Source of the DNA: a virus
Length of the DNA stretch: 64,000 nt
Direction: 5' to 3' (one strand)
IMG/VR virus record: IMGVR_UViG_3300025860_000003
Coordinates: 32,001 to 96,000 of that record
In this document: positions 1 through 8,979 of the stretch, one piece after another
Position numbering within the stretch: position 1 is the stretch's first letter
Layout of the letters: each line of letters opens with the position of its first letter
Translations under genes and position numbers: made by a program
The notes under the pieces: generated by a model
Databases searched by the model: none
Seen by the model: only the letters and a program-made list of their open reading frames with translations
What the model was told of the DNA's origin: nothing

Positions 1-650
1 GGAGAGAGCCGCTTAACAAACTTATCATCAAACAGCTTACCAATACGATTCACAAGATATGGAATATCAAACCCTTCAATGTTCCAACCAGTTACGATAT
101 CTGGATCGAGTCTCTGCCACAAAGCGACAAACGCAGATAACAAACGTTTCTCGTTGATGCAATTAACATACTTCACATCATCACGCTCACTGTCATCATA
201 CTCGCCAACGCCCATAACATAGTATTGACGCTTGCCGTTCCTCGTCAAAGAGACGGTGATTGCAGTCACTTCTTGGTTTGCTAACTCAGGAAGCGGGAAG
301 CCATCTTCAGAAGCAACCTCAATATCAATGTTGGCGACACGGATAGTGTCCGTATCATAATCATTACCGAACCGCTCGTTGATGCAGACATGCGCCCACT
401 TAGTGGAACCATATGTCTTGAAGTTAGAAACACCCTCGTATTTCTGGACAAACTGTGCAGCCTCGCGGATGTCACCAAGCGCAACCTCGTCTACATAGTC
501 GCCCTCTAGTGTTGTCCACTTAGTGGGGTTGGGTGACGGCACATACAACTTTGGGTTGTACTCAACTTTGTGGACAAAGCGTCTGCCGTCCTGATAGCCA
601 CGGATGTTGACATTGTTGCCTCGCACATGGGCATGGGTATAAAAATACAT
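1..650 (-). CDS. gp43: T4-like family B DNA polymerase, N-terminal part (runs off the window)
   Basis: Not in the ORF track. Manual translation from ATG at 650 gives MYFYTHAHVRGNNVNIRGYQDGRRFVHKVEYNPKLYV...IRVANIDIEVASEDGFPLPE...ITGWNIEGFDIPYLVNRI, with exonuclease motifs DIE and GWN..FD. The start overlaps the upstream stop (TAATG). Confidence 0.95.
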   Translation of the reverse strand, partial: MYFYTHAHVRGNNVNIRGYQDGRRFVHKVEYNPKLYVPSPNPTKWTTLEGDYVDEVALGDIREAAQFVQKYEGVSNFKTYGSTKWAHVCINERFGNDYDTDTIRVANIDIEVASEDGFPLPELANQEVTAITVSLTRNGKRQYYVMGVGEYDDSERDDVKYVNCINEKRLLSAFVALWQRLDPDIVTGWNIEGFDIPYLVNRIGKLFDDKFVKRLS

Positions 651-1108
651 TAAGCGTCAATAGCCTCGACTTCTGTAATTTCAAGTTCGCCAATCATAAT
701 AACGTTTGATTCCTCGCTATCATAACCCTCTTCCTCAAGGAAGAAGAATCCATCCTCATTATAACCCTCTTCAAGAGTTTCCTGCTGTTCCTTAGTGAGA
801 TCACCGCCGACAAAATTGATGTCCACTGAAACCCCATCCCAAGTAGAACCGAATTCAAATTCCTCAAAGGAATATGGCTCAAACTCATCGTCATCTTCAG
901 CGTATAGTGCTGCTTCCAAAGCCTCGACTTCATCCGCATTTTGCGGAATAACATTGACCGTTCCGTTGCGCCACAATACACTCACGAGCATTTTTTGCTC
1001 AGGATCATCGCAGTGGACGAATGTCTCAGTCTCAACAAAACATTTTTTATACATCGGGGAAACGCTGTATGTCTTACCAACCTTAATTTCCATCAACCCA
1101 ATTTCCAT
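650..1108 (-). CDS. acidic hypothetical protein (paralogue of 12329-12772)
   Basis: ORF in operon context; N-terminus IKVGKTYSVSP resembles IEIGKTYKLSP. Confidence 0.7.
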   Translation of the reverse strand: MEIGLMEIKVGKTYSVSPMYKKCFVETETFVHCDDPEQKMLVSVLWRNGTVNVIPQNADEVEALEAALYAEDDDEFEPYSFEEFEFGSTWDGVSVDINFVGGDLTKEQQETLEEGYNEDGFFFLEEEGYDSEESNVIMIGELEITEVEAIDA

Positions 1109-1109
1109 C

Positions 1110-1700
1110 TCACTCTCCGATTATCATATAGTAAATATCACGCCAGTTCTTGGCTCTTGTTCCATTATACTCTTTATTGTACCTGTGGTCAATCAAAATA
1201 CTCTTTAACCCAAACCGATCACCTAACTCAGCATTGGCAGGCTTATCTTCGATCCACCAACACTCGGAGTCTCTATATTGTAACAACGCTTCATCCTTAT
1301 CAGCACCACAATCAAGGCAGGTCAATAATTCAAAGACACCTTTACCGAATACCGCATCAAGATTTCTCTGTCTCAGCGCAATGGCTTTCACATCATCCGA
1401 CATAGAAGTGATACAGTGGAATACATAACCATGTTCTTCATGTAACTTGCGAACATACTTAACTGCGTCTCTGAGGGGCGGGATGTCTTCCATCCAAGCA
1501 CTCTCATTGAAGTGTCTGACCATCGGCTTAGACTCAGCACGTGTCAGCATGTATCGCTCATTGACATTATAGATATCTCTATATCCGTCTACAGGCTCAT
1601 ATCCTTTTGAATCCATCCACTTACTGAAAGCATACTCCCAGTCAAGCAGAACACCATCACAGTCAGTTAAAATGACCTTATCGTTAGTAGCGTACATCAC
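1110..1700 (-). CDS. HAD-family 5'(3')-deoxyribonucleotidase-like phosphatase
   Basis: HAD motif I DCDGVLLDW and motif IV WIEDKPAN. Confidence 0.8.
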   Translation of the reverse strand: MMYATNDKVILTDCDGVLLDWEYAFSKWMDSKGYEPVDGYRDIYNVNERYMLTRAESKPMVRHFNESAWMEDIPPLRDAVKYVRKLHEEHGYVFHCITSMSDDVKAIALRQRNLDAVFGKGVFELLTCLDCGADKDEALLQYRDSECWWIEDKPANAELGDRFGLKSILIDHRYNKEYNGTRAKNWRDIYYMIIGE

Positions 1701-1728
1701 ATTATTACCTTATCGTTATTGAGTTGTT

Positions 1729-1757
1729 ATTATACTACATGCAACACCGACTGTCAA
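1729..1757 (-). promoter_or_regulatory. sigma70-type early promoter TTGACA-N17-TATAAT
   Basis: Perfect consensus upstream of the HAD gene and gp43. Confidence 0.8.
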
Positions 1758-1955
1758 CTACTTTCCCCAAGCATCTCCAATTCCGTCGCGGACAAAGTAC
1801 AGAGAGATGAACACTAAGATCAATGTTTGTCCGAAGTAAAGCCTCTCCACAACATCAGGATCAGCAGGGTTGGTCATGCAATGATAAAAGATACCAGCGC
1901 CGATTAAGCCGAGGATACCTGTTACGAAGTTTTTCTTACTTTCAAGTTTAAACAT
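1758..1955 (-). CDS. small membrane protein
   Basis: Two hydrophobic segments; AGGAG ribosome-binding site upstream. Confidence 0.65.
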   Translation of the reverse strand: MFKLESKKNFVTGILGLIGAGIFYHCMTNPADPDVVERLYFGQTLILVFISLYFVRDGIGDAWGK

Positions 1956-1967
1956 TATATCTCCTGA

Positions 1968-2390
1968 TCAATTATTTGATGTAACAAACGAGACTTCTTC
2001 TCTAATTGCTCTTAGTTCAAGTTCTAATCTAAATGCTCTAGCATAAGAGTCACCGATAGATGGCACATTTTTCAACACAGCGTTGATATGATCAGTTTCC
2101 ATATCACATAGTCTTACCCACCTCAAAGGCTGATCACCATTGATTCCATAAGTACCCCATTCGACTGCTTTACGCACCTTGTCAAACGGATCGTCATCCC
2201 AGACGCAATGATGAATCTCATCACCATTAGCTGAACATCTCACATAGTCAAGACCACCATCGATCATATATGTTTTACCATTAGCGTCTAGATGCGTCTT
2301 ATAATCATGTCGACTACGAGAGTATAACACAGTACCGTCTGGTGTTTCAAGACAATTCTTTACTAATTTCGCAACTTTTTCTTCACTCAT
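1968..2390 (-). CDS. conserved phage hypothetical protein
   Basis: Probable start MSEEKV at 2390; HDY...IDGGLDY motif typical of a small phage protein family. Confidence 0.65.
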   Translation of the reverse strand: MSEEKVAKLVKNCLETPDGTVLYSRSRHDYKTHLDANGKTYMIDGGLDYVRCSANGDEIHHCVWDDDPFDKVRKAVEWGTYGINGDQPLRWVRLCDMETDHINAVLKNVPSIGDSYARAFRLELELRAIREEVSFVTSNN

Positions 2391-2391
2391 A

Positions 2392-2805
2392 CTAACTCCA
2401 GCTAATCGTCGGACGTGTATCGCCCTTTCCGTTCCAATGTATCTCACATCCACATTCTTCAATGATGGGGATGATCGCTTTTAAATTCTTAACTCCTTCC
2501 TTACTGCCATCAAAGCAGAAGCAACTACTAAACATCTGATCAGAACTCAGCATGTTAGTATGATCATACTCGAGTTCAGCATCTTCTGTTTCTTCTTCCA
2601 TTTCTTCATCATCCCAATTTTCACAGTCCTGCTCATGATTAAACAGGACTTTAGAAAGATCTACATCTTCACCTTTAAATGGACCAATGTCGTGTTCATC
2701 AGGTAGAGACATCCAAGCACAATTTGTGCAACACATCTCGCCCCAACCACAAAACCAACCGTCTTCACGGAGTCGGTCAAACAACTTTTCTAATTTATTG
2801 CTCAT
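2392..2805 (-). CDS. hypothetical protein (Cys-rich, acidic)
   Basis: ORF in operon context; CCTNCAW motif. Confidence 0.65.
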   Translation of the reverse strand: MSNKLEKLFDRLREDGWFCGWGEMCCTNCAWMSLPDEHDIGPFKGEDVDLSKVLFNHEQDCENWDDEEMEEETEDAELEYDHTNMLSSDQMFSSCFCFDGSKEGVKNLKAIIPIIEECGCEIHWNGKGDTRPTISWS

Positions 2806-3004
2806 CGCGGTTTGGCTCCTTAATGCTTGCTTTAAACTTAGCCATCAATTCAGCATCGCGTTTTCTAGCACGGGCTTGTCCAGCCAGTCGTGCGGCGGTC
2901 TTTTCTTTCTCGAGAAGATACAAACAACACACAAATCCAATAACAATCACGACAGCCAACAAAATCATTGTTGCGGTCAGTAAGCTACTCAATAACGTTC
3001 CCAT
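2795..3004 (-). CDS. small membrane protein
   Basis: N-terminal transmembrane segment followed by a basic tail. Confidence 0.6.
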   Translation of the reverse strand: MGTLLSSLLTATMILLAVVIVIGFVCCLYLLEKEKTAARLAGQARARKRDAELMAKFKASIKEPNRDEQ

Positions 3005-3006
3005 AA

Positions 3007-3492
3007 TCAGTACCCTTTCGCGACAAGTGTATATTGAGATTGGTCATATCTTGGAGGTTCATACGTGTTTAAACATTCTGCGTCTTCTCCTAATACAACA
3101 CATTTATAATTTTCACGACCACCTTCAGCAGTCATAGTGTAGTTTTCCACTACTGGCTTTGCCCAGTGGGTGGGTCTACGAGTAGCAATCCAGTTGCCAT
3201 TCTCGTACTTGAGAATCCAAGGTTGCTCATAGTCGTCCCAAGGTGTAGCAACATCATCGACAAAAGTAAAGTCGAGAATGAACTCCTGAAAGAACTCATC
3301 ACTACGCTCTATCAATTTGGATAGCGTAGGAATACCCTCCTTGCGGATTTTAGAAACTTGAGCCGAACTCAGATTCTCTACCACATAGGTAGAGCCGCCC
3401 TTATTCTTCCAGTACTCCAGACATTCACCTGTACCATCCCAATCGTGGGCACCGTAGTTTTCTCTGTGCTGAGTATCAATAATCAATTTCAT
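3007..3492 (-). CDS. hypothetical protein
   Basis: ORF translationally coupled to neighbours; ENYGAHDWDG...WKNKGG. Confidence 0.7.
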   Translation of the reverse strand: MKLIIDTQHRENYGAHDWDGTGECLEYWKNKGGSTYVVENLSSAQVSKIRKEGIPTLSKLIERSDEFFQEFILDFTFVDDVATPWDDYEQPWILKYENGNWIATRRPTHWAKPVVENYTMTAEGGRENYKCVVLGEDAECLNTYEPPRYDQSQYTLVAKGY

Positions 3493-3821
3493 TTGGAGAT
3501 CCTCTTAGATTTAGGTTTGGCTTTAGGCTTGGCTTTAGGCTTGGCTTTAGGCTTGGCTTTAGGCTTGGCTTTAGGCTTGGCTTTAGGCTTGGCTTTCACT
3601 TTAGGTTTAGGCTTCTTGACTACAACCTCTTTGACCACATTGACTTCGCTCTTCGACAGCTCACCGTCAACCAACCCATACACAAACTTATTTGTCACAA
3701 CTTGAATACCGTCAAATAACACAACCTTTTCTTTCGTCTTCTTAGAGTTATAATCATTGACGATTCTAGTCTTCAGGCTAGTCAGGCTGTCCCAGTTCTT
3801 CTTTTTGGTATAGTCGATCAA
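3489..3821 (-). CDS. basic protein with histone H1-like (KAKP)n tail
   Basis: C-terminal KPKPKV(KAKP)x7KSKRISK. Confidence 0.7.
   Translation of the reverse strand: MIDYTKKKNWDSLTSLKTRIVNDYNSKKTKEKVVLFDGIQVVTNKFVYGLVDGELSKSEVNVVKEVVVKKPKPKVKAKPKAKPKAKPKAKPKAKPKAKPKAKPKSKRISK
3510..3596. repeat. 12-bp tandem repeat (TTTAGGCTTGGC, about 7 copies) encoding KAKP
   Basis: Directly visible in sequence. Confidence 0.9.
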
Positions 3822-4084
3822 AGTGCTGTCGCGTTTCGATTAGCGATTATGGCATACACTTCTTTCAGGTCTTTCGCTACCGCAGCAGCTTCAGAGCGAG
3901 AGCGTTCACCGTCCATATGCAGGACTTCAGGCTCAAGTTTAGAAGTGATGATATTCATCAACTCAGCCGCAGCATCTTCTGTAAGAGGGAGTTCAATAGG
4001 TGCTTCGCCCCAGAGTGAGCGAAAGGCATTTTCACGGATAAGGAATTCTTCTAATAATTTATTCATAATATAGGTCTCTCTCAA
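3818..4084 (-). CDS. hypothetical protein
   Basis: ORF downstream of an early promoter; LEPEVLHMDGERS. Confidence 0.65.
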   Translation of the reverse strand: MRETYIMNKLLEEFLIRENAFRSLWGEAPIELPLTEDAAAELMNIITSKLEPEVLHMDGERSRSEAAAVAKDLKEVYAIIANRNATAL

Positions 4085-4098
4085 TCAATTCAAATACA

Positions 4099-4127
4099 AT
4101 TATACATCAACGGAAGACTGAAGGCAA
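4099..4127 (-). promoter_or_regulatory. sigma70-type early promoter TTGCCT-N17-TATAAT
   Basis: Consensus spacing, intergenic. Confidence 0.65.
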
Positions 4128-4132
4128 GGGAT

Positions 4133-4357
4133 TTATACCATACTGGCTTCAGCCTTATATGCCATCTCAAGGACGCGCATGTTTTCATTATAGATATTCA
4201 CCAGCTCAGAGTGGGTGTATATCTCATAACCGCTGAAGAGGATCTCTTTACCAACACTAGGAACTTCAGTATCAGCAAACGGCTTCAGCGTCAAGGCATC
4301 AACCTCAAAACCCAACAACTCAGCCAATTCAGCGGTAGTCTTAATCTCAATACTCAT
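4133..4357 (-). CDS. hypothetical protein
   Basis: ORF with AGGAG ribosome-binding site and its own promoter. Confidence 0.65.
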   Translation of the reverse strand: MSIEIKTTAELAELLGFEVDALTLKPFADTEVPSVGKEILFSGYEIYTHSELVNIYNENMRVLEMAYKAEASMV

Positions 4358-4381
4358 GTCAAACTCCTATCTCAAAAACAC

Positions 4382-4410
4382 ATTATACACTATCGACAAC
4401 CTAAAGTCAA
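4382..4410 (-). promoter_or_regulatory. sigma70-type early promoter TTGACT-N17-TATAAT
   Basis: Consensus spacing; preceded by AAAATAGTTG as in other copies. Confidence 0.75.
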
Positions 4411-4413
4411 CAA

Positions 4414-4725
4414 CTATTTTGAATTATTTACATATAATTGGTGACGGTTGATAGCCCACTTCTCAACAACGGGATCACCGTTCTCGTCCTCGTCAGTGAT
4501 GATATAGGCGACAGTCTTCAGCACGCGAGCGTATCTCCAAGCGTGCATACCACCGAGTGGATTGCTCGTTACATAGACCTTATGGGGATATTCTTCAGGA
4601 TTGAATGCGCTGGTCTCTTCATCATTCACAGTGAACTCGAACAGCTCATCGAAGTCTTTCTCAACAAACGCTCCGAGGATGGTAGCGTCTTGATCAAAGT
4701 AAGTGTTTATCGGGGCAAATGACAT
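4414..4725 (-). CDS. hypothetical protein
   Basis: ORF with GAGGAG ribosome-binding site and its own promoter. Confidence 0.7.
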   Translation of the reverse strand: MSFAPINTYFDQDATILGAFVEKDFDELFEFTVNDEETSAFNPEEYPHKVYVTSNPLGGMHAWRYARVLKTVAYIITDEDENGDPVVEKWAINRHQLYVNNSK

Positions 4726-4751
4726 AGGAACTCCTCAATTTCAGAACAGAT

Positions 4752-4780
4752 ATTATACCATATCCGAACGCCGAAGACAA
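4752..4780 (-). promoter_or_regulatory. sigma70-type early promoter TTGTCT-N17-TATAAT
   Basis: Consensus spacing, AT-rich upstream region. Confidence 0.7.
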
Positions 4781-4825
4781 GCATTATTTTGATTAATTTT
4801 AGGTAATAATTGGTATTTCAGGCAT

Positions 4826-4850
4826 AAAAAAAGGGACTCGAAAGTCCCCT
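4826..4850 (-). terminator. rho-independent terminator with UUCG loop
   Basis: GGGACT-TTCG-AGTCCC followed by T7 on the minus strand. Confidence 0.85.
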
Positions 4851-4869
4851 GATTCGGTTAAAAAGTAAC

Positions 4870-5382
4870 CTATTTAATTGATCCACCCATGGGGTTGGCT
4901 AAGTAGTCCATGCCGTCCCAGAGGTTATCGACTTCCTTTTGAATTCGATCTAACTTCTTATTGACTTCATCACTCTTTTCTGTGGCTATCTCGGCTTTGG
5001 TCACGGTCACTTGCATGTCCTTAACCAGTTTCTCAACCTCAACCACTCGCTCTTGGAGAGCAACCAACTCTTGCTGACGATCCATAATCGTTTTAAGGTT
5101 TGTGCCTAACTCGACTAACTTACCTTGTAGATTATCAATGTCACTTACTTTGAGTTCTTCCTCAATGACAGCCACTCTGGATTTGAAATCAGAAAGGTCA
5201 TTGCCAGTGTTTTCGATGAATAGCGGAACAGTTATTCCAAGGTCTTCAACCGCTTCAATGCGAGAGAAGAACTCAGATGCTGTCCAAATACCACCACCAA
5301 TTGTTGTTGCAAAACTAAGAAGAACAGCAATCCAAACTCCCTTTATCTTAGTACCGCCTACATCTAACTCCATATTTTCCAT
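4870..5382 (-). CDS. membrane-anchored coiled-coil protein
   Basis: N-terminal TM segment (VWIAVLLSFATTIGGGIW) then a long heptad-rich region. Confidence 0.75.
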   Translation of the reverse strand: MENMELDVGGTKIKGVWIAVLLSFATTIGGGIWTASEFFSRIEAVEDLGITVPLFIENTGNDLSDFKSRVAVIEEELKVSDIDNLQGKLVELGTNLKTIMDRQQELVALQERVVEVEKLVKDMQVTVTKAEIATEKSDEVNKKLDRIQKEVDNLWDGMDYLANPMGGSIK

Positions 5383-5397
5383 AGCTCTACTTTCCTA

Positions 5398-6273
5398 TTA
5401 TCTTGGTTCTGGGTCTATCATTGGATCATACATCTCACCGTCACACTCTATACTCATCGGATCGAAGAAGCAAGGATCACCGCCAGTTGGTCCAGTGTTA
5501 TAAAACTCAGAATTCATACCATCGCCATATATTTGAGCAGAGTTGATATATCCCATTCCAAGATCGAATGATATAAACATCGAAGTTGTGTTGAAAAGTG
5601 TTACTACAGTTGGACCTTCTGCTGCCGCTACAAACATGAGAGAATCAGCATTCAGGAAGTCTTCGCCAGCAGCCGCCACTTCACTTTCCATCTGTGACAT
5701 AAGCTCACCGTTATTGGCAACCGCAACAAAGGCAGCGAACGCCTGACCAGATTCTTCAACAGCATCAAGTGAATCGTTATATACATCAACATGAGTGTCA
5801 GATATTGTCACATCATTTGTTGCAATGTATGACTGGACACTTTGAGCCTTTATAGCATCACCGCTTTTTTCAGCATCGTTTGCCATATCATTTACCGTAA
5901 CAGCCTCAATCAATACACTAGATGCTCCAATGTATGAATCAACAGCAACACCAAAATCTGCTGCCGCATCTTGGCGAGCAACGTCCACATACTCCTGAAC
6001 TGACATAGTGTATACTGCTTGCTGTGTGGCGTCCAAAGCAGCATTATACGCATCTGCTTGTTCATATGTTAAATGCGATTCAGAAGCAGTACCTACTCCT
6101 ACAATCTCTCCATTGACTGTGGCAGTAGTGACACCACCCACATATTGTATTCCCTGATCAAATGTTGTTACGATACTACCACTGGCAGTAACCAGTTGGT
6201 CTAAATCAATCTGACTTTGTGCGGAAACGCTCAGACACGCTAAGACCGCCACCATCAATAGTTTCTTCTTCAT
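5398..6273 (-). CDS. secreted/periplasmic hypothetical protein
   Basis: Signal peptide MKKKLLMVAVLACLSVSAQS; Ala/Asp-rich helical body. Confidence 0.75.
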   Translation of the reverse strand: MKKKLLMVAVLACLSVSAQSQIDLDQLVTASGSIVTTFDQGIQYVGGVTTATVNGEIVGVGTASESHLTYEQADAYNAALDATQQAVYTMSVQEYVDVARQDAAADFGVAVDSYIGASSVLIEAVTVNDMANDAEKSGDAIKAQSVQSYIATNDVTISDTHVDVYNDSLDAVEESGQAFAAFVAVANNGELMSQMESEVAAAGEDFLNADSLMFVAAAEGPTVVTLFNTTSMFISFDLGMGYINSAQIYGDGMNSEFYNTGPTGGDPCFFDPMSIECDGEMYDPMIDPEPR

Positions 6274-6895
6274 CTATTGTTACCCCTATCCCGAGTAAAG
6301 AGTTATATGTTTTTTGGTTTTTTAATGTACCAAACTTAGTCTTTTCATTATAGTCAGGAATGTATAGTTCTGGTCGCCTTTTCATAGCGATCAGTGCATT
6401 CTTACCGAAGATCATCTTTCCGTTCACTAAGACAGGACATGGTGTCCCTGCCGAAAACATTGCTTTCCAGTTCTCTAGATTCTGGCACATTCGCGCAACT
6501 GCGGCGATCGACATACCAAGATCCTTCAATACTTTCGCATCCTTTCGTCTATTACATTCTTCATCTTGTTTGTATCCACCGCCACTAAGACCGAGAATAT
6601 CCATCTGGAGCGCAATGCTTTTGCTCTTGAGGCAGGTGTCATTACCTGACGACATTAATGATGGGGATATTGCGGTTGGTGGTGGAGCGGGTGATCCAGC
6701 GCCAGCGCCCACGTTTTGCGTAGTCTGGCTATTTGATGTTGTTGTATTATTTGAGTTGACCGTTGAGTCCTGAGTATTTGTGTTCAGGTCTCCGTTTTGG
6801 TCGTTAGTCTCGTCGTCTTGGGCATAAGCCATTGAACAGAATGACAGACACAACAATACAAATGCAACTTTGCCCTTGCGCATAATCTTATCCAT
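6206..6895 (-). CDS. secreted Cys-containing hypothetical protein
   Basis: Signal peptide ending AYAQ, N/T/S-rich linker, PPPTAISP, several Cys. Confidence 0.75.
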   Translation of the reverse strand: MDKIMRKGKVAFVLLCLSFCSMAYAQDDETNDQNGDLNTNTQDSTVNSNNTTTSNSQTTQNVGAGAGSPAPPPTAISPSLMSSGNDTCLKSKSIALQMDILGLSGGGYKQDEECNRRKDAKVLKDLGMSIAAVARMCQNLENWKAMFSAGTPCPVLVNGKMIFGKNALIAMKRRPELYIPDYNEKTKFGTLKNQKTYNSLLGIGVTIDEEETIDGGGLSVSERFRTKSD

Positions 6896-6949
6896 TTCAT
6901 TGTTATTATTATAATAGAATAATGTAAATTTTTACATCGTTTTACGATC

Positions 6950-6957
6950 TATTTATA
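6950..6957 (-). promoter_or_regulatory. T4-type late promoter TATAAATA
   Basis: Exact gp55 consensus upstream of 6895. Confidence 0.75.
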
Positions 6958-6994
6958 AAATGGATTCTTGCATCGGGCGTTTTTTTGTGCTTTC

Positions 6995-7240
6995 CTATAA
7001 ATTATTGGCGACTCCGCTGAGCAGCAGAGTAAGCATAACTGAATTTAATATGATCAATGCTCTATCATTCCAAAGGATAGAAACCCATAACCACATGATA
7101 GTACCAGCCGAACCAACTGCCATGTCTATCAGATGATACTCTGTTCCAGCTTGACGGAACAAGACTGAAATCAAAATAAGTATAGTGGCAGTCCACTTGA
7201 CATACCACTCGACCGACTTTTTCGGTGAACTATTCTCCAT
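6995..7240 (-). CDS. small multi-pass membrane protein
   Basis: Three hydrophobic helices; WYVKWTAT...W..DRALIILN. Confidence 0.7.
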   Translation of the reverse strand: MENSSPKKSVEWYVKWTATILILISVLFRQAGTEYHLIDMAVGSAGTIMWLWVSILWNDRALIILNSVMLTLLLSGVANNL

Positions 7241-7394
7241 GGAGATTCATCCTCGACACCGCATTCATGGCAACGATAATACCAACAAGAGCAATTGTTG
7301 TGCCCATCGCAAAACTCATTCTTTCTGTTTCCATACTTCCAACAGACCCAAACATTAAAAAAGCACCAATTGCTAATTGCAATTTATCTAACAT
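7230..7394 (-). CDS. small membrane protein (54 aa, not in ORF track)
   Basis: Manual translation MLDKLQLAIGAFLMFGSVGSMETERMSFAMGTTIALVGIIVAMNAVSRMNLHGE; fills the gap between two ORFs. Confidence 0.55.
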   Translation of the reverse strand: MLDKLQLAIGAFLMFGSVGSMETERMSFAMGTTIALVGIIVAMNAVSRMNLHGE

Positions 7395-7395
7395 G

Positions 7396-7848
7396 TTATT
7401 CTACCTCACCTATTTTCTTATACCGATTAAGTTCATTAAGTTCCAGCGCCCATGGCCAGCAATCAAGAAACAATTCTCGCTCCAAGCGATATGCTTCCTT
7501 TTCCCATGGCTGATTCTCATACTGGAAGTTGTTAGCGTTTCGACCTTTCCACTTCCACACGCCAGTCGAGGATAACTCCCCACGAAGAAACTGTTTAGCG
7601 TGAACCATCTCATGAGCCAGTGCTTGCATCTGCATCATAAATGGTTGATCCTTTGTGGCGATACTGATGTCAACTTCTTTCTTATCGCCGACACAGAGTC
7701 CTTGAGCATCATTATCTAAAGTGCCTTTGAAGTGCACAGTCACACGTCGACTCAGGCGATTGATCTTCAGCTTCCTAGCCATAAGATATAGATACAACTC
7801 GACGTGATCTTTGTTCCTGTGACATCCTACAGTTTCAACAAACATCAT
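7396..7848 (-). CDS. putative zinc metallopeptidase (HEXXH, ImmA/IrrE-like)
   Basis: LAHEMVHAKQ and PWEKEAY motifs. Confidence 0.75.
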   Translation of the reverse strand: MMFVETVGCHRNKDHVELYLYLMARKLKINRLSRRVTVHFKGTLDNDAQGLCVGDKKEVDISIATKDQPFMMQMQALAHEMVHAKQFLRGELSSTGVWKWKGRNANNFQYENQPWEKEAYRLERELFLDCWPWALELNELNRYKKIGEVE

Positions 7849-8084
7849 ACAGCTTCACTCAGTTTAGTCTCATTTAAATCACGGGCATGCTCAGTGTGGC
7901 GGATAACAGTCTCAACGACATCAGAATAATCGGCAGCAATGCTGATCAGCATACCCACCAAGTAGCCAGCAGCATAAGCGGGATTGCCATCTACTTTCAA
8001 CTCAGCATACAGAGCTTCCACGGCATTTCGGGCAATTGCTTTTTCTTCAGTAGTGGGGATATTAATATTCATAGTAGACCTCAA
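7845..8084 (-). CDS. hypothetical protein
   Basis: ORF in early operon. Confidence 0.6.
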   Translation of the reverse strand: MRSTMNINIPTTEEKAIARNAVEALYAELKVDGNPAYAAGYLVGMLISIAADYSDVVETVIRHTEHARDLNETKLSEAV

Positions 8085-8107
8085 TAATAAAAGAAAGGGG
8101 ATGGAGA

Positions 8108-8383
8108 CTACGCTTTTGCAAGCATAGTCAAAGGGACGTTCCAGCGCTGACCAGCAGCAGTCTCAACGATGGCTTTGGTTCTATTAACTTTAACAACAAC
8201 AGCGTTCATACCCTCACTAGGGATGAAGACTTTAGAACCCTCACCGAGCGCAGACTTGATGACTACAGATTTGGCTTTACGAAGAGATTTTTGCTTTAAT
8301 TTGACAGCATCAATAATAGCATTCAAGTCAGATGTATTATCAATAGTCATAATAGACGCGATAGCAGAAGTAACTTTACTCAT
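8108..8383 (-). CDS. hypothetical protein, C-terminal SH3/KOW-like
   Basis: GSKV...VVKVNRTKAIVE...WNVP pattern. Confidence 0.65.
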   Translation of the reverse strand: MSKVTSAIASIMTIDNTSDLNAIIDAVKLKQKSLRKAKSVVIKSALGEGSKVFIPSEGMNAVVVKVNRTKAIVETAAGQRWNVPLTMLAKA

Positions 8384-8392
8384 AATATAATC

Positions 8393-8467
8393 CTATAGGT
8401 ATTGTAGTGCTAATACAGCAACAGCGATGATAATGGCAAATTGAAACAGAAATCTTAAAACAGGCAT
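8393..8467 (-). CDS. 24-aa hydrophobic micropeptide
   Basis: MPVLRFLFQFAIIIAVAVLALQYL; first ATG after the promoter at 8502-8530, with a GAGAG site. Confidence 0.45.
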   Translation of the reverse strand: MPVLRFLFQFAIIIAVAVLALQYL

Positions 8468-8501
8468 AATATATTCTCTCAATTCATTAATTTATAAGGG
8501 A

Positions 8502-8567
8502 ATTATACGGCATATATCAGGGGAAGACAACAACTATTTTGAGGTTTCTTATACCGATTTGGAATAA
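8502..8567 (-). promoter_or_regulatory. early promoter TTGTCT-N17-TATAAT with upstream palindromic box
   Basis: -10 at 8502-8507, -35 at 8525-8530, box TTATTCCAAATCGGTATAAGAAA at 8545-8567. Confidence 0.75.
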
Positions 8568-8632
8568 GCGTTATAACTTTTAGTTCTTTCGTTGTATTCT
8601 TCGGTTTCAAAGTATCTGATGTCAGCCCTCTC

Positions 8633-8815
8633 TTATTTTAAAAATAATCTTTGCGTGTGCAAACTAAGAACTTTGCTCCTATCCGATCTTGTATTGTGTA
8701 AAACCCTAGCATCGTCTATACCGCTATAAACTTTACCATCGTCCATCTGGACAATAATATCGTCGTCAAGGTCTTGGATTAATTTCTTTAAATCACCGAC
8801 ATTAAATATCATCAT
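8633..8815 (-). CDS. hypothetical protein
   Basis: ORF; NVGDLKKLIQDLDDDI start typical of small phage proteins. Confidence 0.55.
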   Translation of the reverse strand: MMIFNVGDLKKLIQDLDDDIIVQMDDGKVYSGIDDARVLHNTRSDRSKVLSLHTQRLFLK

Positions 8816-8979
8816 ACTGTACGCTTCTTAATGTCATATGCAGCTTTCCACATATCAAAAGAAACTGGCTCGCTATAGTTGACCATCTCTTTATCGTACC
8901 GAGCTTGAAGATAAAGTTCTTCTTCACGCTTCATGTCACGAGCTTCTAGGTTATTCATCATAATAGTCTGGTCGTTCAT
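8812..8979 (-). CDS. hypothetical protein (55 aa, not in ORF track)
   Basis: Manual translation MNDQTIMMNNLEARDMKREEELYLQARYDKEMVNYSEPVSFDMWKAAYDIKKRTV; follows a promoter and its stop overlaps the next ATG. Confidence 0.6.
   Translation of the reverse strand: MNDQTIMMNNLEARDMKREEELYLQARYDKEMVNYSEPVSFDMWKAAYDIKKRTV

Noticed and set aside
8571-8635. Open frame continuing about 20 codons past the TAA of 8633-8815 (ERADIRYFETEEYNERTKKL)
   Set aside because: Could be a premature stop, but a 20-codon open stretch is common by chance; core genes end normally in TAA, TAG and TGA, so there is no sign of stop-codon recoding.
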